Source of the DNA: an uncultured bacterium
GTDB lineage: Bacteria > Chloroflexota > UBA5177 > JANWHV01
Direction: 5' to 3'
Assembly: GCA_963729625.1 (NCBI GenBank)
Contig: CAVSOU010000009.1
Location: forward strand, 1-64,000
Length of the DNA stretch: 64,000 nt
Shown: in pieces, positions 28,491 to 38,970 of the stretch
How positions within the stretch are numbered: the stretch's first letter is position 1
Layout: every line of letters begins with the position of its first letter
Program-made: the position numbers and the translations under genes
Notes under the pieces: generated by a model
The model's input: the letters and a program-made list of their open reading frames with translations, nothing else
What the model was told of the DNA's origin: nothing
Databases searched by the model: none

Positions 28491-29091
28491 GGTGAGGTCG
28501 CGCAGCACCACCGGCCCGGGCCCTGCTGCTGCAACACGCCGCGCTCTCACCGGCCATCGCCACATCGCCCGGCTTGACGCCCATGATCGCGGGGCTCATG
28601 ACCAGCGTGCGCATCGTGGTCCCGAGGTCTGGATCGTCAGCATTGGGGGGCTCGGCGAATGATGCTGGCTTCGGGTACGGCCGTTGTTATGCGCGGCACA
28701 ATAGCGGCTGGGACGCCTGTCCTGTGCTCACTCCTGGTGTGCCGCGCGGTACCGATCGCGAGGAGGACGCCATCCCTTTGATTGCTTGCACTCTCCCGGC
28801 TGACCGCCCAGGGCCTGGCACCGGCAGGCGGTGCAGCAAGGACCTGGGGCGGTCTGCGGGCAGCGTCCGGGAACATGCTGCTCAGCGGCGAATCGTCAGG
28901 TGGTACGTGGTTTCTACGGCATATCCGGGACCAGACGCGCGCAGGTCAAGCGTGTACCGTCACCGGTGGTGCGTATCGAAGGAGCCCGGCAGCACACCAC
29001 CGGGCTCCTCAGCGCCATCCCTCATGCGTGCCGTGCCGCGCGTGAGGAGTGGGTCAGATCGCGAGGTCTCACCAGATTAGGTGCCGATGTG

Positions 29092-29679
29092 CTAGTCTGT
29101 GTCGCACTCCCTCGTCCAGGTCGAGCCGTCGCGGTCGCAATGTCGCCAGCCGTAGGAGATGGTCCCAACCAGTATTTCGGTACCGCCTACGGTTTCCGGC
29201 GGACCCATGTTTGCCTGCAATCTCCCGATTATTGTCCCGTTCCCAGTCGCGTCGCGGAACCGCCCGGTGCCGCCTGTCACGACCCAGTGCGCGGACAGTA
29301 TTGAGACCACGTTCGTGGTGAAGTCATGTATGCCAGTGTAGGAGTCTGCCAACTCCAAGGTATCCCCGTTGGCAGCAGTGAACACGAGGCTCTCGATGTT
29401 AGTGAATCTGGCCTGCGATCCGGAGACGACCGCGGAGACCAGACCGACGAACCCAGTCGACGTGAAGGCATCGAGATAGGTTGCGGTCCCGGTTCCTGCG
29501 TTTTCGAAGCACTTGATTACAACAGGAACATGGAGCAGCGCACAGTTGGCCGGGTCCACCCCCGTGTCCACGATGGCCACTCTTGCGAAGAACGGCACGT
29601 GGCCGCGGGCCTGAGCCGGCAAGACAACGCCGAGGGTGAGGGCCATTACCAATGAGAAGCTGATCAGTAGCCTGCGCAT
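29092..29679 (-). CDS. Secreted beta-barrel protein (dirigent-like)
   Basis: AAGGAG RBS, signal peptide ending AQA, FTAANGDTL...VTGGTGRF..ATG.G. Confidence 0.75.
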   Translation of the reverse strand: MRRLLISFSLVMALTLGVVLPAQARGHVPFFARVAIVDTGVDPANCALLHVPVVIKCFENAGTGTATYLDAFTSTGFVGLVSAVVSGSQARFTNIESLVFTAANGDTLELADSYTGIHDFTTNVVSILSAHWVVTGGTGRFRDATGNGTIIGRLQANMGPPETVGGTEILVGTISYGWRHCDRDGSTWTRECDTD

Positions 29680-30344
29680 GACAGCCCGCTCCTTTCGCTA
29701 CTTTCCAGGGTGGGGGCGAAACCCCCCCCGCCGTGTCCGGTCATGGGGCAGACGCCGGTGAACGCTGTACTCACGTACAGATCCGCATCGCAGTGGGGAC
29801 TGAGGCCGTGGCCGGCACCCACGAAGGTGAGTTCGTACGTGTACGTACCGGCGCCCGTGGTATTGGTCACAATATCGAATACGCCCGCCGGGTTAGCACC
29901 GCCAGAACAGGTGCGCCACCAAGTGGCCGGCCAGCGAGGGACTGCCGGTCGCGGCGCCGGCGGGCCGCGGCAGTCCTCCCAGCAGGCTCGCTAACAGCGC
30001 AAACACTAGTGCCGAGACATAGACCAGCCTGCGCCTGACGATCCACCTCCTTCCTGTGCCGGGCACAAGAAACCCGGCGCACGACTATGCCATCGTGGCC
30101 GGGTTCACCAGTTGCTCGCCGCCGTCCAGGGGTGGCCAGACAAGAGCAGGCGTCAGCAGGAGGGGAGCGGTCGTGTCGCTCGCGGTACCTTGGGCGTCGG
30201 ACCCTTTCTAGGACGGCAGGTCAGCGCATCCACTACACCTCGATCATAATCCTCATGTCAACATTCGGCTGTGTCTGCTCGTTCGCTCTGGCCGCTGGCC
30301 GCGATGCCCGCGCGGGCGTGAGGTCGACTGCGGGCGCAGTGAAT

Positions 30345-30543
30345 GCCGCGCGGTCGCCGGAGCCGGAAAGCACCGTCAGTGTGTCCACGGCACCATTCAG
30401 ACCGTAGCTGCCGTTGAAGAGATCGAACACGTCCTCTGCGGTGCGCTTGGCGAAGTGATGCACGACGACGATCGCGATGCCGCACTGTTTGGCGAGGTCA
30501 GCCAATCGGCGCAGCGCGCCGTAATCCTCGCAGTACGCGTTCC
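30345..30543 (-). pseudogene. AAA_25/RepA-type helicase fragment
   Basis: NAYCEDYGALRRLADLAKQCGIAIVVVHHFAK...D.F....GSYGL.GAVD. Confidence 0.7.
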
Positions 30544-30568
30544 GCGGTCAGGTCTAGCTGCTCTTCAC

Positions 30569-30592
30569 CAGCTAGTCAGACAGTTGGTCAGA
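30569..30592 (+). repeat. Tandem 12-mers, putative integrase arm-type sites
   Basis: CAGCTAGTCAGA followed by CAGTTGGTCAGA, about 95 bp from the tRNA fragment. Confidence 0.45.
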
Positions 30593-30687
30593 GAATGCTA
30601 GTTGGTTGCTGACAGGCATCTTCTCTGGTGTCGGCACTCACCGATACGCGCCGAAGTACCGCGACATGTCCGTGAAGGGGCCATGCA

Positions 30688-30735
30688 TGACTTTTAATCA
30701 AGCTGTCCTGGGTTCGAGTCCCAGTGCCCTCACCA
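30688..30735 (+). tRNA. 3' half of tRNA-Lys(TTT), putative attR, not a functional tRNA
   Basis: TGACTTTTAATCA anticodon arm, CTGGGTTCGAGTCCCAG T arm, CCA end. No D arm or 5' acceptor strand upstream. Confidence 0.85.
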
Positions 30736-30883
30736 TTATCCTGCAGCAGACACCGAAACGAGTAGAGCGACCGACGACTATGGCCTCGCCAACCTACCCG
30801 GCTCCAGTGAGACCATTCCGTGAGCCGATGGCCATGCAGCACCCGCCACCCGCTCGGCACTGGGTAGCGGGAGCGCCTGAGGC

Positions 30884-31228
30884 CTAGCCTGGCTGTGAGT
30901 CGATCACGAGATCAGGGAGCGGGCCAGGCATTGGCTGCGCCAGATCAAACCCGTGGATCTCCAGCACCTGTGCTCGGAACCACTGGGTGAAGGGATCGCC
31001 CGACGCACCAAACTGGCTTATCGCACCCGCTGGATCCGCACCATCGACCGTGACAATAGCCAGATCGCCCTGCGGTGTCGCTTGCAAAAAGGCACGCTCG
31101 TGCACACCGATGCGCTGCCGCGAGGCCACGTACTCAGCGCGGCGTGGCCCCTTCAGTTCGGCGGCGAAGCGCCGCCACTGCTCGGTCTTGCCCGGTAGAA
31201 TTGGGATCGCCATTGCAAGCAACGCCAT
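30884..31228 (-). CDS. Small hypothetical protein, dimeric alpha/beta-barrel-like
   Basis: Own GGAGGGAG RBS before MALLAMAIPILPGK. Confidence 0.75.
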   Translation of the reverse strand: MALLAMAIPILPGKTEQWRRFAAELKGPRRAEYVASRQRIGVHERAFLQATPQGDLAIVTVDGADPAGAISQFGASGDPFTQWFRAQVLEIHGFDLAQPMPGPLPDLVIDSQPG

Positions 31229-31419
31229 GTTCGGTCTCCCTCCAGCACTCGTGGTGGCTGCGCAGCGTTCCTTCAGATGCAGCACAATGCTGGCCGCGCG
31301 TGACACCCACACCATCTGGATCGTACATCGCAGCACCATAACATGCCGGGCGTCCGCCGGTGTGCGCGACCGGGCTCTCGGGATGGCTGGCGGACACCTT
31401 GGACGGGCCGCATTGGGTA

Positions 31420-32278
31420 TGTATGGTGCATGGCGCGCCAGGTGTTCGCGCAGGCTGACAGCAATAGAATGGTCGGCCCGCCAGCGTGGCTCAAGAAAGC
31501 CGTTATAGAGCACAAGGCCAATGACGCCGTTCTGTTCGGCGATCGCACGAATGACCGGGTCGCTCAAATGGCGATCGGTTGGGGTCAAGGCTTGCGCATT
31601 GGCATGAGACGCGCACACTCGGGGACCCCGCAAGGCGAGACCTTGCCAGATACCCGCTTCTGTGAGATGCGACACGTCCCAGATGCACCCCAAAGCGGCC
31701 ATTGCCTCGAGCAAGGACACGCCGGACGGCGTCAGACCGCCAGTGCGGTGCGTCTCGTGACCACTCGCAACGCCACACCCATACGCCGTGTCGCCGTACG
31801 TCAGCCCGATCATGCGCAAGCCGCGGCACCACCAGGCGGGCAGGTCCGCGACCTGGACGATTGGATCAGCTCCCTCCATGAGCAAGACGAGCCCGGGTTT
31901 GCGGTCGTGCCGCCATCGGTCCAGGTGACGGTCGAGATCCGTCGCCGACCTGAGTACACGAACGCGCCCTTGGGTTTCCCACGTCTCATAGAGAGCGAGC
32001 TGACGCAGCGCCTGTGCTTCGGCCTCCTCAGGCGTGCCATAGAGCGCGGACCGCGGTTCAAAATCGGCGCCAACGTCGGCGGCCAGGAACCCCGGCGTCA
32101 GCGTGGCCACCACGATTGCAATCCCGCCTAGTTCGAGGTCCGGCAGGGACACGGTCGCCTGGCGCGTTGCTCGGCGTTCACACTTTCTGATCGTCGCCGC
32201 GCTCAGCGTCAGGTCGCGGCCAAACAGCGTTACATTTTCAGCCAGGTCAAGATGCGAATCGACATTGGGTAGCGTCAT
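31420..32278 (-). pseudogene. Membrane dipeptidase (M19), C-terminally truncated
   Basis: DSHLDLA, LMEGAD, DVSH, ASHAN, GVIGL present. Final GSD motif absent. Confidence 0.65.
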
Positions 32279-32304
32279 GACGGCGGATCCCTCACTCACC
32301 GCTT

Positions 32305-33573
32305 TCACTGCCCGTGTCGGTATTCCTGGACCGCGTCGAAGAGCGCGAGCAGATTCTCCACAGGGATACCTGCTTGCACATTATGGATCGGATTGAATAC
32401 GAAGCCGCCGCCGCGACCAAACACGCGCATGCGGTCACGGACCATGGTCCGAATCTCATCCGGAGTGCCAAAAGGAAGGACCTTCTGCGTGTCGATGCCG
32501 CCGCCCCAGAATGTGACGCGGTCGCCATACTTCGACTTCAACGCCGCCGGGTCCATCTCCGCGGCCGAGGTTTGTACCGGGTTGAAGATATCGAAACCTG
32601 CTTCGACCATGTCATCCATAAGGCGCCAGATCGAGCCGCAGCTGTGGACGAAGGTCTTCCACCGCGTATTGGCGTGGATCCAGTCGTTCACACGGCGTTG
32701 AAACGGCATGAATAGCGTACGATACAGCTTCGGCGAGATGAATGGGCCGTTCTGCGCCCCGAAATCGGTGCCACTTACGACGGCTACCGTCACCCGGTCT
32801 CCCACCACACCGTGAATGCGTTCCAGGTTGCGGAGGGCGATCTCGCACTGCCGCTCGAACAGTTCGAAGACGTAGGCACGGCGCGAGCTAAGGCTCACGT
32901 ACCACTCCTCAATGCTGCGTATACCTTTCGGGTGCCTCAGATTCAGGCCAGGGATATGTGCGATATTCCCGAAGCTCGTACCCCCGAAACTGCTGATGAC
33001 AGCACGTCCGCCCGCCGCCAACTCCTTCACCTGGCAGTCCAGGAAGGCCAGGGTCTCGTCCGAGACAGGGCCGTATCCCTCCAGGTTGTCTTCTACCCTG
33101 AGGTTGTCGTCATCAATGGGTTCTTGGCGCTCGATTGCGTCGAAATAGTAGCCGCTGCGAGGCATGCGGGCACAGGCCGGCGCAGACTTGTCGCTCAGCG
33201 GGTACATCAAGATATCGCCATTAGGCTGCGGTTCAGTGTTGAACCCCCCAGGCACGAGCACTGGCGTGCCGGAAAACGTAGTCCACGGCTTCCAGCTATC
33301 GTTCCGGAAGCCGAAGCGAGTCGTCGGCATACTCAGGCTGACAACATCGATGCCGAGCGCATCTTGCAAATCCGTGCCGACCTCGCCGAGGAGCATGTAA
33401 GGCTCGACCACCTTGACCGGCGTGCCCGGTGGATCCAGATGTAGCGCCTGCCGCAACAGGTAGAGCGAATCGACGTGTACCCCGGTCGACGTGCTGCCAC
33501 CAAGATCCAGGGGTACCCAGTCGGGCTCGTGGTGCTGCAATGCAAGCTCCACGCGTTCTCGAGACGTCAGCAC
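32305..33573 (-). CDS. Uroporphyrinogen decarboxylase-family (MtaA/CmuA-like) protein
   Basis: TSRERV, DFGAQNGPFISP, HSCG, NPVQ, FWGGGIDTQ, HNVQ. Confidence 0.9.
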   Translation of the reverse strand: MLTSRERVELALQHHEPDWVPLDLGGSTSTGVHVDSLYLLRQALHLDPPGTPVKVVEPYMLLGEVGTDLQDALGIDVVSLSMPTTRFGFRNDSWKPWTTFSGTPVLVPGGFNTEPQPNGDILMYPLSDKSAPACARMPRSGYYFDAIERQEPIDDDNLRVEDNLEGYGPVSDETLAFLDCQVKELAAGGRAVISSFGGTSFGNIAHIPGLNLRHPKGIRSIEEWYVSLSSRRAYVFELFERQCEIALRNLERIHGVVGDRVTVAVVSGTDFGAQNGPFISPKLYRTLFMPFQRRVNDWIHANTRWKTFVHSCGSIWRLMDDMVEAGFDIFNPVQTSAAEMDPAALKSKYGDRVTFWGGGIDTQKVLPFGTPDEIRTMVRDRMRVFGRGGGFVFNPIHNVQAGIPVENLLALFDAVQEYRHGQ

Positions 33574-33747
33574 GGCTGTACTTCCCTTCGACTCGACTGT
33601 GCAACATCGGTCAGGACTCCGCAGATCGGTTCTTCGCGCCAACTTGCCAATGCCGCCGCATGATTCGTGTCCTTCGACGGCAAATCCGGCCTGATAAATC
33701 CGGAGTTCTCTTTTCCTTACGCTCTGTCAGCTGTCGCGCGACCAGCG

Positions 33748-35298
33748 TCAGACTGCCGCACCTGCATCCAGCGTACTCAAGTCGGCATAGACTCCTGCCG
33801 CATCCAATGCGCTGTAGATTGAGTTGAACACGCGGTACAGGCGATCATACAGGTCGCGGTGCCGCGGCTCCGGCGCAATAATGCTCTGCACCTGCGCGAG
33901 CGCCAGCGCCTGCGAGAAGTCTTTCCAGAGGCCGATACCGACTCCGCCCACTACTGCCGCGCCCATAGAAGTGCCTTCCTCCAACATCGCCAGGCGGTGT
34001 AGCGGCACGCCCAGGATGTCGGCCAACACCTGACACCACACCAGACTGCGGGCTCCTCCGCCCATGATCCGCAGCTCGCTGATAGCAGTTCCCTGTGCAA
34101 CAAGGGCCTCAAGGATCACACGCAGATTGAACGCAACGCCTTCCAGCACCGCGCGCAGCAGGTCATCGCGCCGGTGTCGCATGGTGAGGCCTACAAAGGC
34201 GGCGCGCGCCTGGGGATTCCAGCGCGGGCTGCGCTCGCCAAGCAAGTAGGGCAGGAACACGACGCCTCGTGCACCCGGAGGAGAGTGTTGTATCGCCTCG
34301 TTCATGAGGTCATATGGTGATCGGCCGTCAGCCGTCGCCGCTGCCACAAGGTCGCGCGCGAGCTCGCCGCGAGCCCATTGGTAGGAGGTTCCGGCGGCCT
34401 GCATGGTGCCAGCCGGGACGAACAGGTCGGGAATGACGTGCGCCCAGGTGACCGTGCGCATGCTGCGGTCCAGGATCGGCTCCGCTGTAGCGAGCTGGAT
34501 CCAGGAGGACGACCCGATATAGCAATACGCTGCACCCGGGTAGACTACGCCCGCGCCTATTGCCGCGCACGATCCGTCGCCGCCGCCGATCACGACCGGT
34601 GTACCAGGGCGCAACCCGATCTGGCCCGCGGCATCCCGTTGAATCTCGCCCACAACCGTGGTGGATGGATAGATAATGGGAAGCTTTTCCGGCGCCACGC
34701 CGAATGCTCCTACCATCTCGTCGGACCAGACGCCACGCCGGATGTCATAGAGATTCGTGCCTGAAGCATCCGAGGGGTCAGTGGCAAACACACCCGTGAG
34801 CCGGGCAACCATAGCGTCTTTCGCCTGGAGATACCAGGCAGTCTGTGCGGCCGTGTCAGGGTCGCTTTCTTGCAACCAGCTCATTTTCGCCGCCGAATAG
34901 GACGGGCTGAGACGATGACCGGTAACTTCATAGACGTGCCGGGGATCGGTACGCTGCGCGACGCGGTCAACGACCGAGGTGGCTCGCTGGTCGGCCCAGA
35001 TGAGGGCACGTCTTGCCGGCCGGGCCTTCCGGTCAACTGCGACGAGCCCCTGCATTTGTCCACTGAACACCACGCAGGCGATCTCCTTCGACGTGGCTGT
35101 CGTTTGTTCCAGTATCTGACCTGTCGAGCGGCAGAGAGCATTCCACCAATCGTTGGGATCTTGCTCTGCCCATCCGTGCTGCGGGTAGGTCGTGTCATAC
35201 GCGACGAAAGCGCTGCCGTGCATAGCGCCGAACTCGTCGAACAACGTCGCCTTGTCTCCGGTGGTGCCCAAATCATGCGCCAGTATGTAGCTGCTCAT
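33748..35298 (-). CDS. xylB: FGGY-family sugar kinase (xylulokinase-like)
   Basis: HDLGTTG, SGQMQG, WADQR, DASGT, FLPYLLGERSP. Confidence 0.9.
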   Translation of the reverse strand: MSSYILAHDLGTTGDKATLFDEFGAMHGSAFVAYDTTYPQHGWAEQDPNDWWNALCRSTGQILEQTTATSKEIACVVFSGQMQGLVAVDRKARPARRALIWADQRATSVVDRVAQRTDPRHVYEVTGHRLSPSYSAAKMSWLQESDPDTAAQTAWYLQAKDAMVARLTGVFATDPSDASGTNLYDIRRGVWSDEMVGAFGVAPEKLPIIYPSTTVVGEIQRDAAGQIGLRPGTPVVIGGGDGSCAAIGAGVVYPGAAYCYIGSSSWIQLATAEPILDRSMRTVTWAHVIPDLFVPAGTMQAAGTSYQWARGELARDLVAAATADGRSPYDLMNEAIQHSPPGARGVVFLPYLLGERSPRWNPQARAAFVGLTMRHRRDDLLRAVLEGVAFNLRVILEALVAQGTAISELRIMGGGARSLVWCQVLADILGVPLHRLAMLEEGTSMGAAVVGGVGIGLWKDFSQALALAQVQSIIAPEPRHRDLYDRLYRVFNSIYSALDAAGVYADLSTLDAGAAV

Positions 35299-35636
35299 CG
35301 TACCTCCGGCGTCACTCGTACCCGCTGGCGGGCCCGGCATGCCTGCGGGCCACTTGGCTGGGCCATTCCGGCCTGCTAGAACCTGCTGCGGCGCCTTGAC
35401 GTCCAAACGGAACGCGTCGCGCGTGGCGTCGCACCACGCCACCCCGTGTAACCGCATGCGGGATCGCCTACTCGATCTCTCCCCGCCCGATACTATGCCT
35501 CCGATCGGATCGCCGTCAAGGCACTGCTCGACTTCCTGTCAGTGCCCACACGTAGCGCCGCTATTGCGGTAGGGTTCGTGGCCAGCTCGCCATGCATGGG
35601 AGGACGGCACTCACCGCCTCCGGTTGCACCAGATCG

Positions 35637-36230
35637 CTACGTGTCATCCACGCCGTATAATCGTGCTTCCAGCGCCCGACGCACATCCGGCCATTCGTCG
35701 TCGATGACGCTGTAGATCACGGTGTCTCGTGTGCGTCCATCGGGCATGATCATGTGCTTACGCAGGACACCCTCTCGCACAGCACCCAGCGCCTCGATCG
35801 CGCGTTGCGACCGCGTGTTGAGGCTGTCGGTCTTGAACCACACGCGCTGGCAGCCCACGACCTGGAAGAGATGGCGTAGCATGAGGTACTTTGCCTCGCG
35901 ATTCAGCCCCTTTCCCAGCCAGGGGCGGCCGAGCCAGCTGCCGCCTATCTCGACGCTTCGGTGGACCAGCTGGATGTCCATAAAGCGGGTGCAGCCAATT
36001 ACCCTGTTAGTCGAGCGTTCCACAATCGCGAACGGCAACTGTTCGCCGCGTGCCGCGCGCTCGTGCTCTTGCGCGAGCCAGCTCACGATATTCCCTCGCC
36101 ACGATGCCATGTACTGCAAATCCTCCCCGTCTCCCGCGAGAACGGCGAGGTCCGATTCGTGGCTTGCCGCCAGCGGTTCCAGGCGCACCAGGCGCCCAAC
36201 CAATACGGTGGGCTCGATCATGGCTGCCAT
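35637..36230 (-). CDS. RimJ/RimL-type GNAT acetyltransferase
   Basis: VRLEPL, EIGGSW, N.RSQRAIE.LGA..EG.LR.H. Confidence 0.9.
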   Translation of the reverse strand: MAAMIEPTVLVGRLVRLEPLAASHESDLAVLAGDGEDLQYMASWRGNIVSWLAQEHERAARGEQLPFAIVERSTNRVIGCTRFMDIQLVHRSVEIGGSWLGRPWLGKGLNREAKYLMLRHLFQVVGCQRVWFKTDSLNTRSQRAIEALGAVREGVLRKHMIMPDGRTRDTVIYSVIDDEWPDVRRALEARLYGVDDT

Positions 36231-36319
36231 CGACGGCCTCCCATCGATCCGGGTCGGTCCACAATCTCTATCTCGAGAGCATACTCACACGGCTGGAGCG
36301 ATGCGGGCACCGCCGATGC

Positions 36320-37189
36320 CTACGCTTGCCATCCGGCCTTCCAGCTTGCCTGCAACGTCCTGTAATCAAGCAGGATGATACCTTCCTGCCGCACGATGTC
36401 TCGCGCCTCCTGCGACGTGACAAACTCGAAATCGGTCTGCCGCACGCGCCAACTGGGCATCAGCGCTTGCAGCTCGGCGTTCCCGATTCCAGGATGGACC
36501 GCCCATTCACTGAGGCCGGACGGCAATGCCCGCAACATCCCTGCGTAGCGGGTGGATTTGTCGGTCGTCTCCAGATCGTAGCTGTCGAGCAAGTCGTGAT
36601 CGTTTGTCGGACATCCGCACCGCCGCATCCTCTTGATGAACGGGGCGGAAGTAACCCGCAGCGCCAGGTCGTACTCACGCGCAAGCGCGACCGTCATTTC
36701 AAAGATGTCTTCACGGCGGGAATGGATGCCGCAATGGCTATCGATATGGGTTGGTATCAGACCCACGGTCACGGCGCGTTCGATTTGGGCGCGATATTCC
36801 ATTTCCAATTCGGCCAGCCTGACCTGACTGAGAAACTCGTCAATCCGCGTGTTCGTGTAGAAGTAACCGGCTTCATCAACCAAGGATGGCACGTCCTCGC
36901 GGCAGGTCAGAGGTCCCCAGCGATACAGCGGTTGCTCGCTGACCGCTGTCAGATGGACGCCACAGGAAACAGCAGGCCGGTCCCGCAGCGCCGCAAGAGC
37001 ATGCAGCGCCCACGGGCACGGCACCATGACGCTGCACGACCGGACGATACCGTTCTGCAGCGATCGCAGTATGGCATCGTTGACGGCATGACACATACCA
37101 AAGTCGTCGGCGTTGACAAGCAATAGGCGAGCATCAGGGGGATACCCCAAGAGGCTGTTTGTGCGGCTCATGGGATCCGAAGCCATCAC
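36320..37189 (-). CDS. YdjC/ChbG-family deacetylase
   Basis: NADDFGM, GVHLT, PTHIDSH, EWAVHPG. Confidence 0.9.
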   Translation of the reverse strand: MMASDPMSRTNSLLGYPPDARLLLVNADDFGMCHAVNDAILRSLQNGIVRSCSVMVPCPWALHALAALRDRPAVSCGVHLTAVSEQPLYRWGPLTCREDVPSLVDEAGYFYTNTRIDEFLSQVRLAELEMEYRAQIERAVTVGLIPTHIDSHCGIHSRREDIFEMTVALAREYDLALRVTSAPFIKRMRRCGCPTNDHDLLDSYDLETTDKSTRYAGMLRALPSGLSEWAVHPGIGNAELQALMPSWRVRQTDFEFVTSQEARDIVRQEGIILLDYRTLQASWKAGWQA

Positions 37190-37794
37190 GCGACTCCCTC
37201 AATTCGACCACAGCCATTGTGCTGGCTCAAAGCCGCGGCACGCGGCATGGAGCAGCTTGAGCCCATGATACCGTTCAGGGCCAGCCAGCCACGCAAGGCC
37301 ATTCGAACGCCCGATAGCTGCCGGGTGACGGACCAGCATGGGGCAATCCTCCGGACGGCTTGGTGCCCGGCCTCTCGTCGTCTGCTGGCCTACGCATCTG
37401 TGCCTTATGGGCGTGGACATACTGCCGCACGTGTGCGGTACGACGCGAACGGGTTGTCGCGGCTTGATACGGCGGCCACAAGCAACATGTGCGCAGCCCA
37501 TTTCACGTCGGTGCGCGAAGCCTGGCGAGAGGTCGAACTGGAAACTACTCGCCTCGACACGCTGAGATTGTCGAGACTACTTCCTGTCCTGCTGCCTCGT
37601 GCCGAAACTCTGCAAAAGGTGCCGGCAGATACGTGCCATGCCACCTCTAGCACCTTCGCCAGATCCCAGAAGCGCGACTCGCACAGCAAAGCACGGACCC
37701 TGCGACTACAGCGCGTTCAGGTATCGCTCCCGCAGCGGCAGCTAGCGTCGCTGTGAGGCTCCGCTAGCTGCCCCGTTACTACCCGCCGGTGCTA

Positions 37795-38013
37795 CTAGCC
37801 TTGTGGCGACTCGATTCGCCGGACATTCACTGCGCGGTCGCCGCGTCCTCGCGGATCCCGCTCGCGATCAAACTCGACATGATCGCCTCTGTGCAGGCTT
37901 TCGTAGCCGACACCCACCAGAGCAGTGCTGTGAAAGAACAGGTCCTGTCCGGTGCCTTGGTCGATAAATCCAAACCCGCGATCGGTGAGCCGAGCGATCG
38001 TTCCCTGCGCCAT
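37795..38013 (-). CDS. Cold-shock domain protein
   Basis: RGFGFI (RNP1), DLFFH (RNP2), AVNV. Confidence 0.9.
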   Translation of the reverse strand: MAQGTIARLTDRGFGFIDQGTGQDLFFHSTALVGVGYESLHRGDHVEFDRERDPRGRGDRAVNVRRIESPQG

Positions 38014-38145
38014 CGTATCTGCTGCTTTCCTGCACCTGGTCACACCAGCACGGTGCCGGTATTTTCCAGTGTCTTGGAGCATACCACGTTGGCACGTAAT
38101 TTGGCAGACCTGGTCTCAGCGGCTCAGCGGTCAGCGGCTCAGCGG

Positions 38146-38970
38146 TCAGCGCGCCAGCCGTGGCAGCAGCGACGACGCCGTTACCACGCCGATCAACAGC
38201 GCCATGAGGAGCACGCAAAAGTCCAAGGCGACATTGCTGGGGGTGCCCAGTAGTACGCCTCGAAGTCCATCCACTTCGTAGCTGAGAGGATTGATCTTGC
38301 TTATCACCTGAAGCCAGTCGGGCATGAGGTGAGATGGATAGAGCGCGTTCGACGCGAAGAACAGCGGCATGGTGATGGCCTGGCCAATTCCCATGAGCCG
38401 ATCCCGCTTGAGCACCAACCCGGCCAATGTCACGGAGAGCATCGTGAAGAACGCGGAGCCGATCACCACGAGGAGGAATGCCGCGGCCAGGCGAAGCGGG
38501 TTCCAGTCAAGCCCAATGCCCATGATGGCGCTCACAACCAGAACGATGAGCACCTGGCTCATGGCCCGCACGCCCGAAGCAAAGGCCTTGCCGGCGACGA
38601 GGGCGGAGCGCGGCGTCGGCGTGGCCATGAGCTTGGTCAGCACCCCGGCATCACGTTCCCAAATGATTTGAATCCCGTAGAATATGGCAATGAAGAGAGC
38701 TGACTGAGCCATGATCCCCGGAGCCAAATATGCCAGATACGGGATGTTGCCGGTAGGAATGGCGCGCAGGCGGTTGAAGGTCTCACCGTAGATCAACAAC
38801 CAGAGCATTGGCTGGATGGCCCGCATGTAGATCTCGGTGCGATCATGGCGGATCTTCCGCAGCTCTACCAGGCAAAGGGTGATGATCCGGCTGATAAGAA
38901 TTCGCCAGGACTGCATTGCCGGCGTGGTGTCAACCAAGCCGGCGGGCGGTGCGGCGGGTGCTGCGAACAT
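38146..38970 (-). CDS. ABC-2 type exporter permease
   Basis: APGIMAQSALF...WERDAG...NPLSY. Confidence 0.9.
   Translation of the reverse strand: MFAAPAAPPAGLVDTTPAMQSWRILISRIITLCLVELRKIRHDRTEIYMRAIQPMLWLLIYGETFNRLRAIPTGNIPYLAYLAPGIMAQSALFIAIFYGIQIIWERDAGVLTKLMATPTPRSALVAGKAFASGVRAMSQVLIVLVVSAIMGIGLDWNPLRLAAAFLLVVIGSAFFTMLSVTLAGLVLKRDRLMGIGQAITMPLFFASNALYPSHLMPDWLQVISKINPLSYEVDGLRGVLLGTPSNVALDFCVLLMALLIGVVTASSLLPRLAR

Larger units (their letters stand above)
1..30735. mobile_element. Right part of a genomic island integrated at tRNA-Lys; left end and integrase lie outside the window
   Basis: Ends at a tRNA-Lys 3' fragment. IS elements, pseudogenes and secreted cargo genes lie to its left, mostly metabolic and transport genes to its right. 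Confidence 0.7.

Noticed and set aside
30660-30735. Complete tRNA-Lys gene
   Set aside because: There is no 5' acceptor strand or D arm.
37217-37756. 179-aa ORF between the deacetylase and cold-shock genes
   Set aside because: No motif or clear RBS, so it cannot be supported.
38115-38150. Short (C)TCAGCGG tandem repeat
   Set aside because: About five short units at a gene end with no evidence of function.
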